This document shows positions 18,541-27,382 of a stretch of DNA of 64,000 nt, piece after piece. Below the pieces are notes generated by a model that saw only the letters and a program-made list of their open reading frames with translations, made no database searches and had not been told where the DNA came from. Every line of letters starts with the position of its first letter. Position 1 is the stretch's first letter. The DNA comes from Thermoanaerobaculales bacterium. GTDB lineage: Bacteria > Acidobacteriota > Thermoanaerobaculia > Thermoanaerobaculales > Sulfomarinibacteraceae. The stretch spans positions 1,265 through 65,264 of the forward strand of contig JALOLD010000008.1 of the NCBI GenBank assembly GCA_025456145.1, read 5' to 3'. Position numbers and translations under genes: made by a program.

Positions 18541-18921
18541 GACCGGCGCCGGTGCCACCGCCACCGCCCGATGGACCCACCACACCACGAGGGCCATCAG
18601 CCCGTCGAGCACCCCAGACGTCCAGACCGCCCACGGGATCGGGTGGATGATCGTGGCGCTGATCAGAAAGACGAAGGCGGTGACCTTCGCGGTCATCAGC
18701 ACCGAGATGCCCCGGTAGCGGTGGTGCTCGAGCAGGTAGGCGGCGGCGAGGACGAAGTGGAAGACGCCGGCCTGATAGGCGAAGAAGACCGGGTCGATCC
18801 CCGGCCACCCGGCGAAGCGGAGCGTCCACTGGGGCGCGGCCATGAACATCGCGCCGACGATCACGCTGTGCAGCGAGATGAGGCTGATGAGCAGGCGTTC
18901 ATGGGTCATGGTCAGCTTCAT
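18535..18921 (-). CDS. small integral membrane protein, unknown function (4 predicted TM helices)
   Basis: Hydrophobic segments LISLISLHSVIVGAMFMAA, VFFAYQAGVFHFVLAAAYLL, VTAFVFLISATII, VLDGLMALVVWWV. No family recognised. Lies directly downstream of the hydrogenase protease. Confidence 0.5.
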   Translation of the reverse strand: MKLTMTHERLLISLISLHSVIVGAMFMAAPQWTLRFAGWPGIDPVFFAYQAGVFHFVLAAAYLLEHHRYRGISVLMTAKVTAFVFLISATIIHPIPWAVWTSGVLDGLMALVVWWVHRAVAVAPAPVG

Positions 18922-18952
18922 GCGGTCCTCGCCTTCGGGAAGTCCTCGGATA

Positions 18953-19480
18953 TCAGATCCACCATAGACCAGGGTCGAGGGGAGTCGGCCTGAGGGTCGG
19001 CCGCGCGTCGAGCCGCGAAAGCTCGCGGATCACGGCGTCGATCAGCGGCTCGATCGCCGCCTGGACCGGCTCGGAGAGCACCGTCCCCTGCTCGACCACC
19101 GCCGGGACGACCCCGAGCAGGACCATCTCCTCCGGGCTCGAGTCGGTGAGCTCGGTGGCCATCAGCGACTCCCGGAGCCCGGGCTGGTGTGGGGACAGCC
19201 GGGGCGGCGGCGCCGAGCCGATGATCTCCCGGTCGCGGTAGACCTTGAGGGTTCCCGGCGCGCCGCCGGAGGACACGGTGTCGAGCACGATCACCGACCG
19301 GGCGTGGCTGAGGTAGGGCAGGAAGTCGAGCCCCGGCGTTCCGCCGTCGATCAGCTCGACGTGGTCCGGGAACTCGTAGCGGCTCTCGAGGATCCTGATC
19401 GCGGTCGGCCCGAGCCCGTCGTCGCCCATGAGTACATTACCGATGCCGAGGATGCGGATGGGGGCGGGGACGTCGTTCAT
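18953..19480 (-). CDS. hybD: [NiFe] hydrogenase maturation endopeptidase (HybD/HyaD family)
   Basis: ILGIGNVLMGDDGLGP, IDGGTPGLD, and a conserved His region (LSPHQPG). Confidence 0.85.
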   Translation of the reverse strand: MNDVPAPIRILGIGNVLMGDDGLGPTAIRILESRYEFPDHVELIDGGTPGLDFLPYLSHARSVIVLDTVSSGGAPGTLKVYRDREIIGSAPPPRLSPHQPGLRESLMATELTDSSPEEMVLLGVVPAVVEQGTVLSEPVQAAIEPLIDAVIRELSRLDARPTLRPTPLDPGLWWI

Positions 19481-19506
19481 CGCGAGAGTATAGCGGAGCG
19501 GCGAGG

Positions 19507-19732
19507 GGTAAAGAAGTGAGAAGGTGAGAAGGTGAAAAGGTGAAAAGGATAGGAGGTCAGGTAGTTAGACGTGAGACGTGAGACGTAAGACGACGGACGA
19601 CCAGATCGTGGGAGCCAGACGTCTAACGTCTCACGTCTCACGTCTCACGTCCTTCGTCTTCCAGCGAGCGAAGCGAGCGCTGACCTTCTCACTTTCTGAC
19701 CTTCTCACCTTCTCACCCCCTCACTCTTCACC
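19507..19732. repeat. nested double palindrome: outer arms (GTGARAAG)n, inner arms (GACGTGA)n
   Basis: Outer left GTGAGAAGGTGAGAAGGTGAAAAGGTGAAAAGG (19517-19548) versus outer right CCTTCTCACTTTCTGACCTTCTCACCTTCTCAC (19684-19716). Inner left AGACGTGAGACGTGAGACGTAAGACG (19567-19592) versus inner right CGTCTAACGTCTCACGTCTCACGTCTCACGTC (19620-19651). Confidence 0.85.
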
Positions 19733-19766
19733 AAAAAACCGGGCCGGGGGACGCCCCCCGGCCCGG
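19733..19766 (-). terminator. Rho-independent terminator after the hydrogenase large-subunit gene
   Basis: On the minus strand: CCGGGCCGGGGG-loop-CCCCCGGCCCGG followed by TTTTTTGG, 24 nt after the hybC stop. Confidence 0.7.
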
Positions 19767-19789
19767 TGGTTGACGATCGCTCGATCGAC

Positions 19790-21490
19790 CTACAGCACCT
19801 TCACCGTCGCCTTGACCTTGCCCTCGGGGTCGAGGGTGTGGATGGCGCAGGCCAGGCACGGGTCGAAGCTGTGGATGGTCCGCAGCACCTCGAGGGGCTT
19901 CTCCTCGTCGGCGATCGGGTTGCCGATGAGCGATGCCTCGTAGGGGCCCATCTGACCTTCGGCGTCGCGCGGACCGGCGTTCCAGGTCGACGGGACGACG
20001 CACTGGTACTTCTGGATCTTGCCGTCCTCGATGACGCACCAGTGGGACAGCACGCCGCGGGGCGCCTCGTGGAAGCCGACGCCCTGGATGACACCGCGCG
20101 GGAACTCGAACGGAGTGGCGATCGCGGTGTCGCCGGTGGCGATGTTGTTGACCAGGAGGTCCCAGTGCTTGAGGGAGTGCTCGGCGATGACGGCGGCGCG
20201 GATCGCCCGGGCGGCATGGCGGCCGATCGTCGAGTGGAGGATGCCGGGTCCGAGCTTGGTGCCGGCGACCTTCGATGCGGTGTCGAGGGCGGCGGTCGCC
20301 CACTTGGCGGTCGTCGCATCGCCCTGGGCGAAGGCCACGAGCACCTGGGCGAGCGGTCCGACCTGCATCGGCTTGCCCTGGAAGCGCGGCGCCTTGACCC
20401 ACGAGTAGCGCCCCTCGGCGTCGAAGCCGGTGTAGGCGGGGACGGTGTCCTCCTCCCACGGGTGGAGCTGCCAGTCGCCGTCGTACCAGGAGCGGGCGAT
20501 GCTCTCGGCGACGTTGTCCTTGAAGTACGGGTCGTTGAAGCCGGTGATCGGCTTGACGCTGCCGAGATCGGCGTTGAAGATCGTGCCGCCGGGCATGTCG
20601 AAGGTGGTGCCGGCGGTGTCGAGCGGCAGCTCGGGGACCGCCAGGTAGTTGGTGACCCCGGCGCCGTAGCCCGTCCAGTCGGCGTACATTGCACCGATCG
20701 CGCAGACGTCGGGCACATAAACCTGCTCGACGAAGGTCTTGACCTCCTCGAGGAGGCTCTTGACCTGGAAGAGCCTGACCATGTTGAGCGTGGCCTGGTT
20801 GTCGAGGTTGATGGCGTTCATCACGCCGCCGACCGTGACGTTCTGGATGTTCGGCGTCTTCGATCCGAGGACCGCGACCGCCTGCAGCGCCTTCTTCTGG
20901 TACTCGAGGGCCTGGAGGTAGTGGGCGACCGCGAGCAGGTTGACGTCGGGCGAGAGCTTCATCGCCGGGTGGCCCCAGTAACCGTTGGTGAAGATGCCGA
21001 GCTGGCCGGCGGCGACGAAGCTGGCGACCTTCTCCTTGACGGCGGTCAGGGCCTTGACGCTGTTGCCCGGCCAGGGCGACAGCGACTCGGCGAGCTTCGA
21101 GGCGCGCTCGGGGCTGCCGCTCAGGGCCGATACGACATCGACCCAGTCGAGGGCCGAGAGGTGGTAGAAGTGGACGATGTGGTCGTGCAGAGCGTGCGCG
21201 GCGATGATCAGGTTCCGGATGAGCTGGGCGTTCATCGGGACCTGGATGCCGAGCGCGTTCTCGACCGAACGGACCGACGCGATGGCGTGGACCGTGGTGC
21301 ACACGCCGCAGATGCGCTGGGTGAACGCCCAGGCATCGCGTGGGTCGCGGCCTTCGAGAATCTTCTCGATACCGCGCCACATCTGACCCGAGGACCAGGA
21401 GTTCTGGACCTCTCCGCGGTCGACCTCGACATCGATCCGCAGATGCCCTTCGATCCGCGTGATCGGGTCGACAGTGATCATCTTGGCCAT
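19790..21490 (-). CDS. hybC: [NiFe] hydrogenase large subunit (group 1, uptake type)
   Basis: N-terminal RIEGH and QRICGVCTTVH. C-terminal DPCLACAIH followed by the protease-cleaved tail. Gene order matches hybOABCD. Confidence 0.92.
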   Translation of the reverse strand: MAKMITVDPITRIEGHLRIDVEVDRGEVQNSWSSGQMWRGIEKILEGRDPRDAWAFTQRICGVCTTVHAIASVRSVENALGIQVPMNAQLIRNLIIAAHALHDHIVHFYHLSALDWVDVVSALSGSPERASKLAESLSPWPGNSVKALTAVKEKVASFVAAGQLGIFTNGYWGHPAMKLSPDVNLLAVAHYLQALEYQKKALQAVAVLGSKTPNIQNVTVGGVMNAINLDNQATLNMVRLFQVKSLLEEVKTFVEQVYVPDVCAIGAMYADWTGYGAGVTNYLAVPELPLDTAGTTFDMPGGTIFNADLGSVKPITGFNDPYFKDNVAESIARSWYDGDWQLHPWEEDTVPAYTGFDAEGRYSWVKAPRFQGKPMQVGPLAQVLVAFAQGDATTAKWATAALDTASKVAGTKLGPGILHSTIGRHAARAIRAAVIAEHSLKHWDLLVNNIATGDTAIATPFEFPRGVIQGVGFHEAPRGVLSHWCVIEDGKIQKYQCVVPSTWNAGPRDAEGQMGPYEASLIGNPIADEEKPLEVLRTIHSFDPCLACAIHTLDPEGKVKATVKVL

Positions 21491-21503
21491 CTGAGACCCC
21501 CTT

Positions 21504-22709
21504 TTAGCGAGCCGACGCCTCGGCGGGAGCGCCGCTGAGGATCGGGTAACGTGTCACGATGAAGTAGTACAGCGAGATCTCGAGAGCGATCACCCCGAAG
21601 GTGATGAAGACCTCGAGGAAGGACGGGAAGTAGGACTGCCCCGGCGCCGGTTGGAAGGCGGTGATGTAGGTGTTGAAGCGGTACATGCTGCCGGCGAGCA
21701 TGAGCAGGATCGAAGCCCTGAGCATGTTGGAGAAGTTACTTCGTCGCTGCTTGCTGGCCAAAATGAGCAGCGCGATCGCGAACAGCGCGATCTCGCCCCA
21801 GAACACCAGGCTCAGCCAACCCGATGTGAACATCAGCCCGGTCTTGCCGCTGATGATCAGATCGCCGAGCCGGAGCACGAGATAGAGGCTGACCACGACG
21901 ACCATCGCCCCGGACAGGGAGATGAGCATCGAGGTTTCCTTCTCGCGTTTGAAGAGGTTCGACGAAAGCGACGACTCCCACACGACCACCGAGTACCCCA
22001 TGCCAACGCAGGAGATGAGGAACAGCAGCGGGATCCACGGTGTGAACCACAGACCGTGCAGCTTGTGACCCGCGAGGAGCATCAGGGTGCCGAGCGAGCT
22101 CTGGTGCATGGTCGGCAGGAGCACGCCGAGGGCGATGATCCAGATCAGCGCCTTGTCGTAGAACTTGAGCCCGGCGGTGGCGAAGCCGACGAGGGCCGAG
22201 CTCTTCGAGGTGGCCTTCCACTTCTCGAGGAAGGCCGGGCCGAGCTCGATCCAGAGCACTCCGACATAGGCCATGACGCAGAGGGCCACCTCGAGCAGTG
22301 CCGAGTCCCAGTTGTAGCGGAAGGAGTCCGGGAAGCCACCGATCGGGATCCGCCAGATATGCCACCAGCGGCCGACGTCGAGGATGATCGCCAGAGCGGC
22401 CATCGAGTAGCCGAGGGCGCTGGTCAGCAGCGCCGGCCGGACGAGCGGATGGTAATGGCCCTTGTTGAGGATGTAGCACAGGATGGCGATCGCATAGCCG
22501 CCGCACGCGAGGGCGGTGCCGGTGACCACGTCAAAGGCGATCCAGACGCCCCACGGGTAGTAGTCGGTGAGACCGGAGACCACCCCGATGCCGTAGATGA
22601 ACCGAAAGAGGAGGACGACGGCCCAGACCCCGAGAAAGATCGCCATGAAGGTGACGAACCTCTTGTTGAGGGGGCCGCCCACCGGTTGCGCGTGGCTGTG
22701 ACTGGCCAT
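21504..22709 (-). CDS. hybB: NrfD/HybB-like integral membrane quinone-interacting subunit
   Basis: About 10 hydrophobic helices, 401 aa. Positioned between the FeS and large-subunit genes as in hyb operons. Start overlaps the hybA stop (TAATG). Confidence 0.8.
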   Translation of the reverse strand: MASHSHAQPVGGPLNKRFVTFMAIFLGVWAVVLLFRFIYGIGVVSGLTDYYPWGVWIAFDVVTGTALACGGYAIAILCYILNKGHYHPLVRPALLTSALGYSMAALAIILDVGRWWHIWRIPIGGFPDSFRYNWDSALLEVALCVMAYVGVLWIELGPAFLEKWKATSKSSALVGFATAGLKFYDKALIWIIALGVLLPTMHQSSLGTLMLLAGHKLHGLWFTPWIPLLFLISCVGMGYSVVVWESSLSSNLFKREKETSMLISLSGAMVVVVSLYLVLRLGDLIISGKTGLMFTSGWLSLVFWGEIALFAIALLILASKQRRSNFSNMLRASILLMLAGSMYRFNTYITAFQPAPGQSYFPSFLEVFITFGVIALEISLYYFIVTRYPILSGAPAEASAR

Positions 22710-23596
22710 TACCCCTCCTCCTTCTTGCTTTGCCGGCTGTTCCGCCAGATGACCAGACCCAGGATGCCGTACAGGGCGACGGGTGCGATGAAGCCGCGGT
22801 AGATCCCGTGCTGGATCTCACGCGCCTGCTTCGCGATGCCCTCATCGCCGAGGGTCGGCAGCCCGAGCTTGGCGAAGCTGAGGTCGGCGAGGTAGAGGAC
22901 CTGGGTGCCGCCGCCGTCGGTGAGGCCGAAGATCTTGGGCTCGCCGTCGGGACCCCAGTAGCGCTCGGGGCGCTCGGCGATGCGACGCTTGGCGTCTTCG
23001 ACCAGATCGGTGTACTTGCCGAAGATCACCGCCTCCTTCGGGCAGGCCTGGCAGCAGCCCGGCATCGCGCCCTCGCGCAGCGTGCCGGTGTCCGGGTCGT
23101 GGATGATGTGGTTGCACAGCTCGCACTTGACGATCTTCGGCACCCCGGTGTCCCACTGGAACTTCGGGATGTTGTAGGGGCAGGCGACCTGGCAGTAGCG
23201 GCACCCGATGCAACGCTCCGGGTCCCAGGTGACGATCCCGTACTCGCGCTTCTTGAAGGCGCCGATCATGCAGGCGTTGGCGCAACCGGGGTCGATGCAG
23301 TGCATGCACTGCGACTTCATGTACGAAGACTCGTCCTCGCCTTCGTAGATGCGGATGATGTTCTTGGTGTAGCCGTCGAGATCGCGTGGTGGGTTGTACC
23401 GGTTCCCCGGCAGGTTGTTGGCGGTCTTGCAGGCGGTGACACAGGCTTGGCAGCCGATGCAGCGGGTCGCGTCGTAGAGCATGCCGACCGCATCCGGCGG
23501 CGCCTCGGCGTACTTCTCCGAGGCCTCCACCGGGGCCACTGCTCCGGCGCCTGCGACTGCAAGGCCCTTCAGCAGCGTTCTCCGATCGATGCTCAT
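22709..23596 (-). CDS. hybA: Tat-exported 4x[4Fe-4S] ferredoxin-type subunit (HybA-like)
   Basis: Tat motif SIDRRTLLKG. Cys clusters CIGCQACVTAC, CMHCIDPGCANAC, CIGCRYCQVACP, CELC...CCQACP. C-terminal TM anchor. ATG 23596 lies 1 nt after the small-subunit stop, preceded by GGAGGG. Confidence 0.85.
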   Translation of the reverse strand: MSIDRRTLLKGLAVAGAGAVAPVEASEKYAEAPPDAVGMLYDATRCIGCQACVTACKTANNLPGNRYNPPRDLDGYTKNIIRIYEGEDESSYMKSQCMHCIDPGCANACMIGAFKKREYGIVTWDPERCIGCRYCQVACPYNIPKFQWDTGVPKIVKCELCNHIIHDPDTGTLREGAMPGCCQACPKEAVIFGKYTDLVEDAKRRIAERPERYWGPDGEPKIFGLTDGGGTQVLYLADLSFAKLGLPTLGDEGIAKQAREIQHGIYRGFIAPVALYGILGLVIWRNSRQSKKEEG

Positions 23597-23597
23597 C

Positions 23598-24698
23598 TCA
23601 GCCCTCCGTTTCCCCCTCACCGAGCTTCTTCGATGCCATCAGCGCCCCGCCGACGGCGGCGCCGGTGGCGAGGCCGACGACCCCCGCCCAGCCGGGCGTG
23701 ATCGGCCCGCGCTGATCGGCCGCGTGGATCGGCGGCACGTAGTTCGCCGGTAGTGCGGCCTGGGCGAAGAGCGGCTTGGTGAAGCCGACGCCCTTGGTGG
23801 TGCAGCCGAAGCACGGCGCGCCGATGCCGATCGGCCACGCATCCGGAACCTCGTTGAAGTGGAGGGTGGAGCAGTTGGCGTAGGTTTCCGGTCCCTTGCA
23901 GCCGAGGGCGAACAGGCAGTAGCCGAGGTTGTGGCCCTCGTCCCCGAACTGGCGCGCGAAGCGGCCGGCGTCGAAGTGGGCGCGACGCGGGCAGTGCTCG
24001 TGGATCGTACGGCCGTAGGCGAACAGCGGACGGCCCTCGTCGTCGAGCGCCGGCAGCGTTCCCATCGTCGCGAACTGGAGCACCACGCCGAGGAAGTTGT
24101 AGGGGTTCGAGGGGCAGCCCGGAAGGTTGACGATCGTCTTGTCGGGGAGGATCTCGTGGGCGCCAACCGCCCCGGTCGGGTTCGGGTCGGCGGACGGAAT
24201 GCCGCCCCACGAGGCGCACGAGCCGATCGCGATGATCGCAGCGGCGTTGCCGCCGACCTCCTTGAGGATGTCGATCGCGGTACGGCCGCCGATCTGGCAG
24301 TAGACCCCGTCGTCCTTGGTCGGGATCGCGCCCTCGACGACGCAGACGTAGCCGCCGCGCTCGACCGCGGCGTGCAGCGCGTCCTCGATCTGGTGGCCGG
24401 CCGCCGCGAACAGGGTCTCGTGGTAGTCCAGCGAGACCATGTCGAGGATCAGGGTCGCGATGCTCGGATGCGATGTCCGGAGCAGCGACTCGGTGCAGCC
24501 GGTGCACTCCTGGAAATGAAGCCACACCACCGAAGGCTTCAGGCCCGCCTCCGCCGCTTGCGCCCACTTGACCCCGGTCGCTGCCGGGAGTCCGAGGGCC
24601 GCGGCGGCCATCATGCAGACCTTGACGAAGTCCCGTCGATCCACGCCCTCTTCGGGCAGATCAACGGGCAGGTCGAACAACTCTTCCCTCCTACCCAT
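23598..24698 (-). CDS. hybO: [NiFe] hydrogenase small subunit, Tat signal and C-terminal TM anchor
   Basis: Tat motif DRRDFVKVC. WLHFQECTGCTES, GSCASWGG, CPSNP, HCPRRAHF, CLFALGCKGP, GAPCFGC. ATG 24698 is preceded by AAGGAGG (5-nt spacer). Confidence 0.9.
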   Translation of the reverse strand: MGRREELFDLPVDLPEEGVDRRDFVKVCMMAAAALGLPAATGVKWAQAAEAGLKPSVVWLHFQECTGCTESLLRTSHPSIATLILDMVSLDYHETLFAAAGHQIEDALHAAVERGGYVCVVEGAIPTKDDGVYCQIGGRTAIDILKEVGGNAAAIIAIGSCASWGGIPSADPNPTGAVGAHEILPDKTIVNLPGCPSNPYNFLGVVLQFATMGTLPALDDEGRPLFAYGRTIHEHCPRRAHFDAGRFARQFGDEGHNLGYCLFALGCKGPETYANCSTLHFNEVPDAWPIGIGAPCFGCTTKGVGFTKPLFAQAALPANYVPPIHAADQRGPITPGWAGVVGLATGAAVGGALMASKKLGEGETEG

Positions 24699-24756
24699 CT
24701 TCGCCTCCTTTAATCGAACGGCCATGAAGAAGAACTGACCCCAACAAGTCCGACCT

Positions 24757-24786
24757 AGGATAGGGACATCCGGCGAGAAATGTCAA
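24757..24786 (-). promoter_or_regulatory. candidate sigma70-type promoter for the hydrogenase operon
   Basis: Minus strand reads TTGACA (24786-24781), an 18-nt spacer, then TATCCT (24762-24757). Lies in the most AT-rich stretch of the window, about 55 nt upstream of the hybO ATG. Confidence 0.45.
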
Positions 24787-24876
24787 TAAATATGCCTGAA
24801 GTCCTAATGAATCTCAGAATCGGCCAAGGTTGTGAATGCGATTCAATCTTATTTGCTTTCATCCCGCCGGCGCTCC

Positions 24877-24914
24877 TGTGAATCAGTTCACATTGCCGCG
24901 TTCTTTGGTACAAT
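24877..24914 (+). promoter_or_regulatory. candidate hppA promoter with overlapping CRP/FNR-type palindrome
   Basis: TGTGAATCAGTTCACA (24877-24892) is a perfect TGTGA-N6-TCACA. Its right half supplies a -35 TTCACA, followed by a 16-nt spacer and -10 TACAAT (24909-24914). Confidence 0.5.
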
Positions 24915-25017
24915 CCCCGGGTCGGGGAGGGGGCGAGCGGCCCGATTCCGGGTGGCACGTCCGGGCCCCATTCAACGCGGTGCCGGAACGACTCTGGGGG
25001 AGAAGGAGGAGGACATC

Positions 25018-27231
25018 GTGGAACCTATGCACTTCATCTATCTGACACCGGCGGTGGCCGTCATCGCCCTGATCTTCGCCTACATGCGGGCGGCGTGGAT
25101 CAACCGCCAGGACGCGGGGACCGACCGCATGAAGCTGATCGGGGGCTGGATCGCCCAGGGAGCGATGGCCTTCCTCGGTCGCGAGTATCGGGTCCTCGCG
25201 ATCTTCGTCGTGGCGGCCGCGATCCTGCTCGGGGTCTCGAACCACTTCGTCGCGGAGGACACCAACGCATTCATCGCCCTGTCCTTCGTCCTCGGCGCGT
25301 TCTGTTCGGCGCTCGCCGGTTACTTCGGGATGAAGACGGCGACCGCGGCGAACACCCGCACCGCCTCGGCCGCCCGCCTCGGCCTCAACGACGCCCTTCA
25401 GGTGGCCTTCAAGGGTGGATCGGTGATGGGGTTGTCGGTGGTCGGGCTGGCGCTGGTCGGCCTCAGCCTGCTGTTCATCGGCTACACGCGGATGTACCCG
25501 GACTCTCTGACCCAGACCGGCGCGATGAACCTCGTGCTGAACATCCTCTCGGGCTTCTCGCTCGGCGCGTCCTCGATCGCGCTGTTCGCGCGCGTCGGCG
25601 GCGGAATCTACACCAAGGCCGCCGACGTCGGCGCCGACCTGGTCGGTAAGGTCGAGGCCGGGATCCCCGAGGACCATCCGCTCAACCCGGCGACGATCGC
25701 GGACAACGTCGGCGATAACGTCGGCGACGTGGCAGGTATGGGCGCGGACCTCTTCGAGTCCTACATCGGGGCCGTCGTCTCGGCGATGATCCTGGGCGTG
25801 GCGTGGCACGGCGGGCTCGAGGCGCTCGTGCCCGGCTCCGGCATGGACGCCGTGTACCTGCCCCTGGTGATCGCGGTCGTCGGGCTCGTCGCCTCGTTCC
25901 TCGGCTTTTTCATGGTGCGGACCAAGGAAGGCGGCAACCCGCAGGCCGGTCTCAACCGCGGGACATTCGGCGCCGGCATCCTGATGGTGGTCGGTGTCGT
26001 TTTTGCGGTCAAGTGGGCCATCCCGGCCGGTGAGGTGACCGTCGTCAACATGCTGGGCGGCGCCGAGACGGTGTACCAGTGGTGGGGCATCCTGATCGCC
26101 GTGGTCGCCGGGCTCGTGGCCGGCATCGGCGTCGGCGTGATCACCGAGTTCTACACCGCCACCTTCAAGTCGCCGGTGGGGACCATCGTCGAGGCGTCGA
26201 AGACCGGGCCGGCGACGACGGTCATCCAGGGCATCGCGGTCGGGATGAACTCGACCACCCTGCCGATCCTCGTGATCAGCGCTGCGATCCTCATCGCATA
26301 CGAGTTCGCCGGGCTGTACGGCATCGCGCTCTCGGCGGTCGGCATGCTGAGCACGCTCGCGATCCAGCTGGCGACCGACGCCTACGGACCGATCGCCGAC
26401 AACGCCGGCGGTGTCGCCGAGATGTCCCGGCTCGGCCGCGACATCCGCGCCCGGACCGATAAGCTTGACGCGGTCGGCAACACCACCGCGGCGATCGGCA
26501 AGGGCTTCGCGATCGGCTCGGCGGCCCTGACCGCTCTGGCGCTGACCGCGGCCTACCTGACCAAGATGCAGGGCAAGGTGGACATGGACGCGGCCAACCC
26601 GTACGTTCTCGTCGGGCTCCTCCTCGGCTGCATGCTGCCCTTCCGCTTCTCGGCGATGGCGATGGTTGCGGTCGGCAAAGCGGCGCAGGACATGATCCAG
26701 GAGGTCCGCCGTCAATTCCGGGACATCCCGGAGCTGCGGCCGGCCCTCGAGGCCGCGCAGCGGGCGGAGCACGAGGAGCGCGAGCCGAGCGAGCAGGAAG
26801 CGGCCATCATCCGGGCCGCCGACGGCAAGGCCGAGTACACCCAGTGCATCGACATCGCCACCGCGGCGGCGATCAAGAAGATGATCGTGCCCGGCCTGAT
26901 GGCGGTGCTCGCGCCGGTCCTGATCGGTCTGTACTCGGTCGACATGCTGGGTGGGCTTCTTGTCGGCGTCACCATCTCCGGCGTCTGCATGGCGATCTTC
27001 CAGGCCAATGCCGGCGGCGCCTGGGACAACTCGAAGAAACAGGTCAAGGAGCAGGGCCACAAGGTCTGGGGCGACGCCTATGACCAGATGCACAAGGCCA
27101 CGGTCACCGGCGACACGGTCGGCGACCCCTTCAAGGACACCTCGGGCCCGTCCCTCAACATTCTCATCAAGCTCATCAGCGTGGTCGCGATGATCATCGC
27201 GCCCATCCTGTACGCCATTCACTTCGGCTAG
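25018..27231 (+). CDS. hppA: membrane-bound ion-translocating pyrophosphatase (K+-dependent subfamily signature)
   Basis: [72 protein letters not shown] 25018 is preceded by GGAGGAGG. An alternative ATG lies at 25027. Confidence 0.92.
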   Translation: MEPMHFIYLTPAVAVIALIFAYMRAAWINRQDAGTDRMKLIGGWIAQGAMAFLGREYRVLAIFVVAAAILLGVSNHFVAEDTNAFIALSFVLGAFCSALAGYFGMKTATAANTRTASAARLGLNDALQVAFKGGSVMGLSVVGLALVGLSLLFIGYTRMYPDSLTQTGAMNLVLNILSGFSLGASSIALFARVGGGIYTKAADVGADLVGKVEAGIPEDHPLNPATIADNVGDNVGDVAGMGADLFESYIGAVVSAMILGVAWHGGLEALVPGSGMDAVYLPLVIAVVGLVASFLGFFMVRTKEGGNPQAGLNRGTFGAGILMVVGVVFAVKWAIPAGEVTVVNMLGGAETVYQWWGILIAVVAGLVAGIGVGVITEFYTATFKSPVGTIVEASKTGPATTVIQGIAVGMNSTTLPILVISAAILIAYEFAGLYGIALSAVGMLSTLAIQLATDAYGPIADNAGGVAEMSRLGRDIRARTDKLDAVGNTTAAIGKGFAIGSAALTALALTAAYLTKMQGKVDMDAANPYVLVGLLLGCMLPFRFSAMAMVAVGKAAQDMIQEVRRQFRDIPELRPALEAAQRAEHEEREPSEQEAAIIRAADGKAEYTQCIDIATAAAIKKMIVPGLMAVLAPVLIGLYSVDMLGGLLVGVTISGVCMAIFQANAGGAWDNSKKQVKEQGHKVWGDAYDQMHKATVTGDTVGDPFKDTSGPSLNILIKLISVVAMIIAPILYAIHFG

Positions 27232-27255
27232 GATCGTCCTTCAATCGACCTCGAC

Positions 27256-27281
27256 GCCGGGCCTTTGGGCCCGGCGTTTTT
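27256..27281 (+). terminator. Rho-independent terminator of hppA
   Basis: GCCGGGCC-TTTG-GGCCCGGC followed by GTTTTT, 25 nt after the hppA stop. Confidence 0.75.
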
Positions 27282-27287
27282 CGTCTC

Positions 27288-27347
27288 CCGCGTCCGAGTC
27301 CGCGTCCGCGTCCGCGTCCGAATCCGCCTCCGAATCCGCCCCCGACG
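27288..27347. repeat. hexamer-phased array (CCGNNT)x10: outer-left arm of the cassette
   Basis: CCGCGT CCGAGT CCGCGT CCGCGT CCGCGT CCGAAT CCGCCT CCGAAT CCGCCC CCGACG. This is the reverse complement of the array at 30305-30340. Confidence 0.8.
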
Positions 27348-27382
27348 AGGCCGACCCACCGCCGCCGACTTCGTCGGCGGCT

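Noticed and set aside
19790-21490. [NiFeSe] hydrogenase / selenocysteine recoding
   Set aside because: The C-terminal metal-binding motif is DPCLACAIH with Cys at the relevant position, and there is no in-frame TGA. The qmoB and qmoA reading frames likewise show no in-frame stops.
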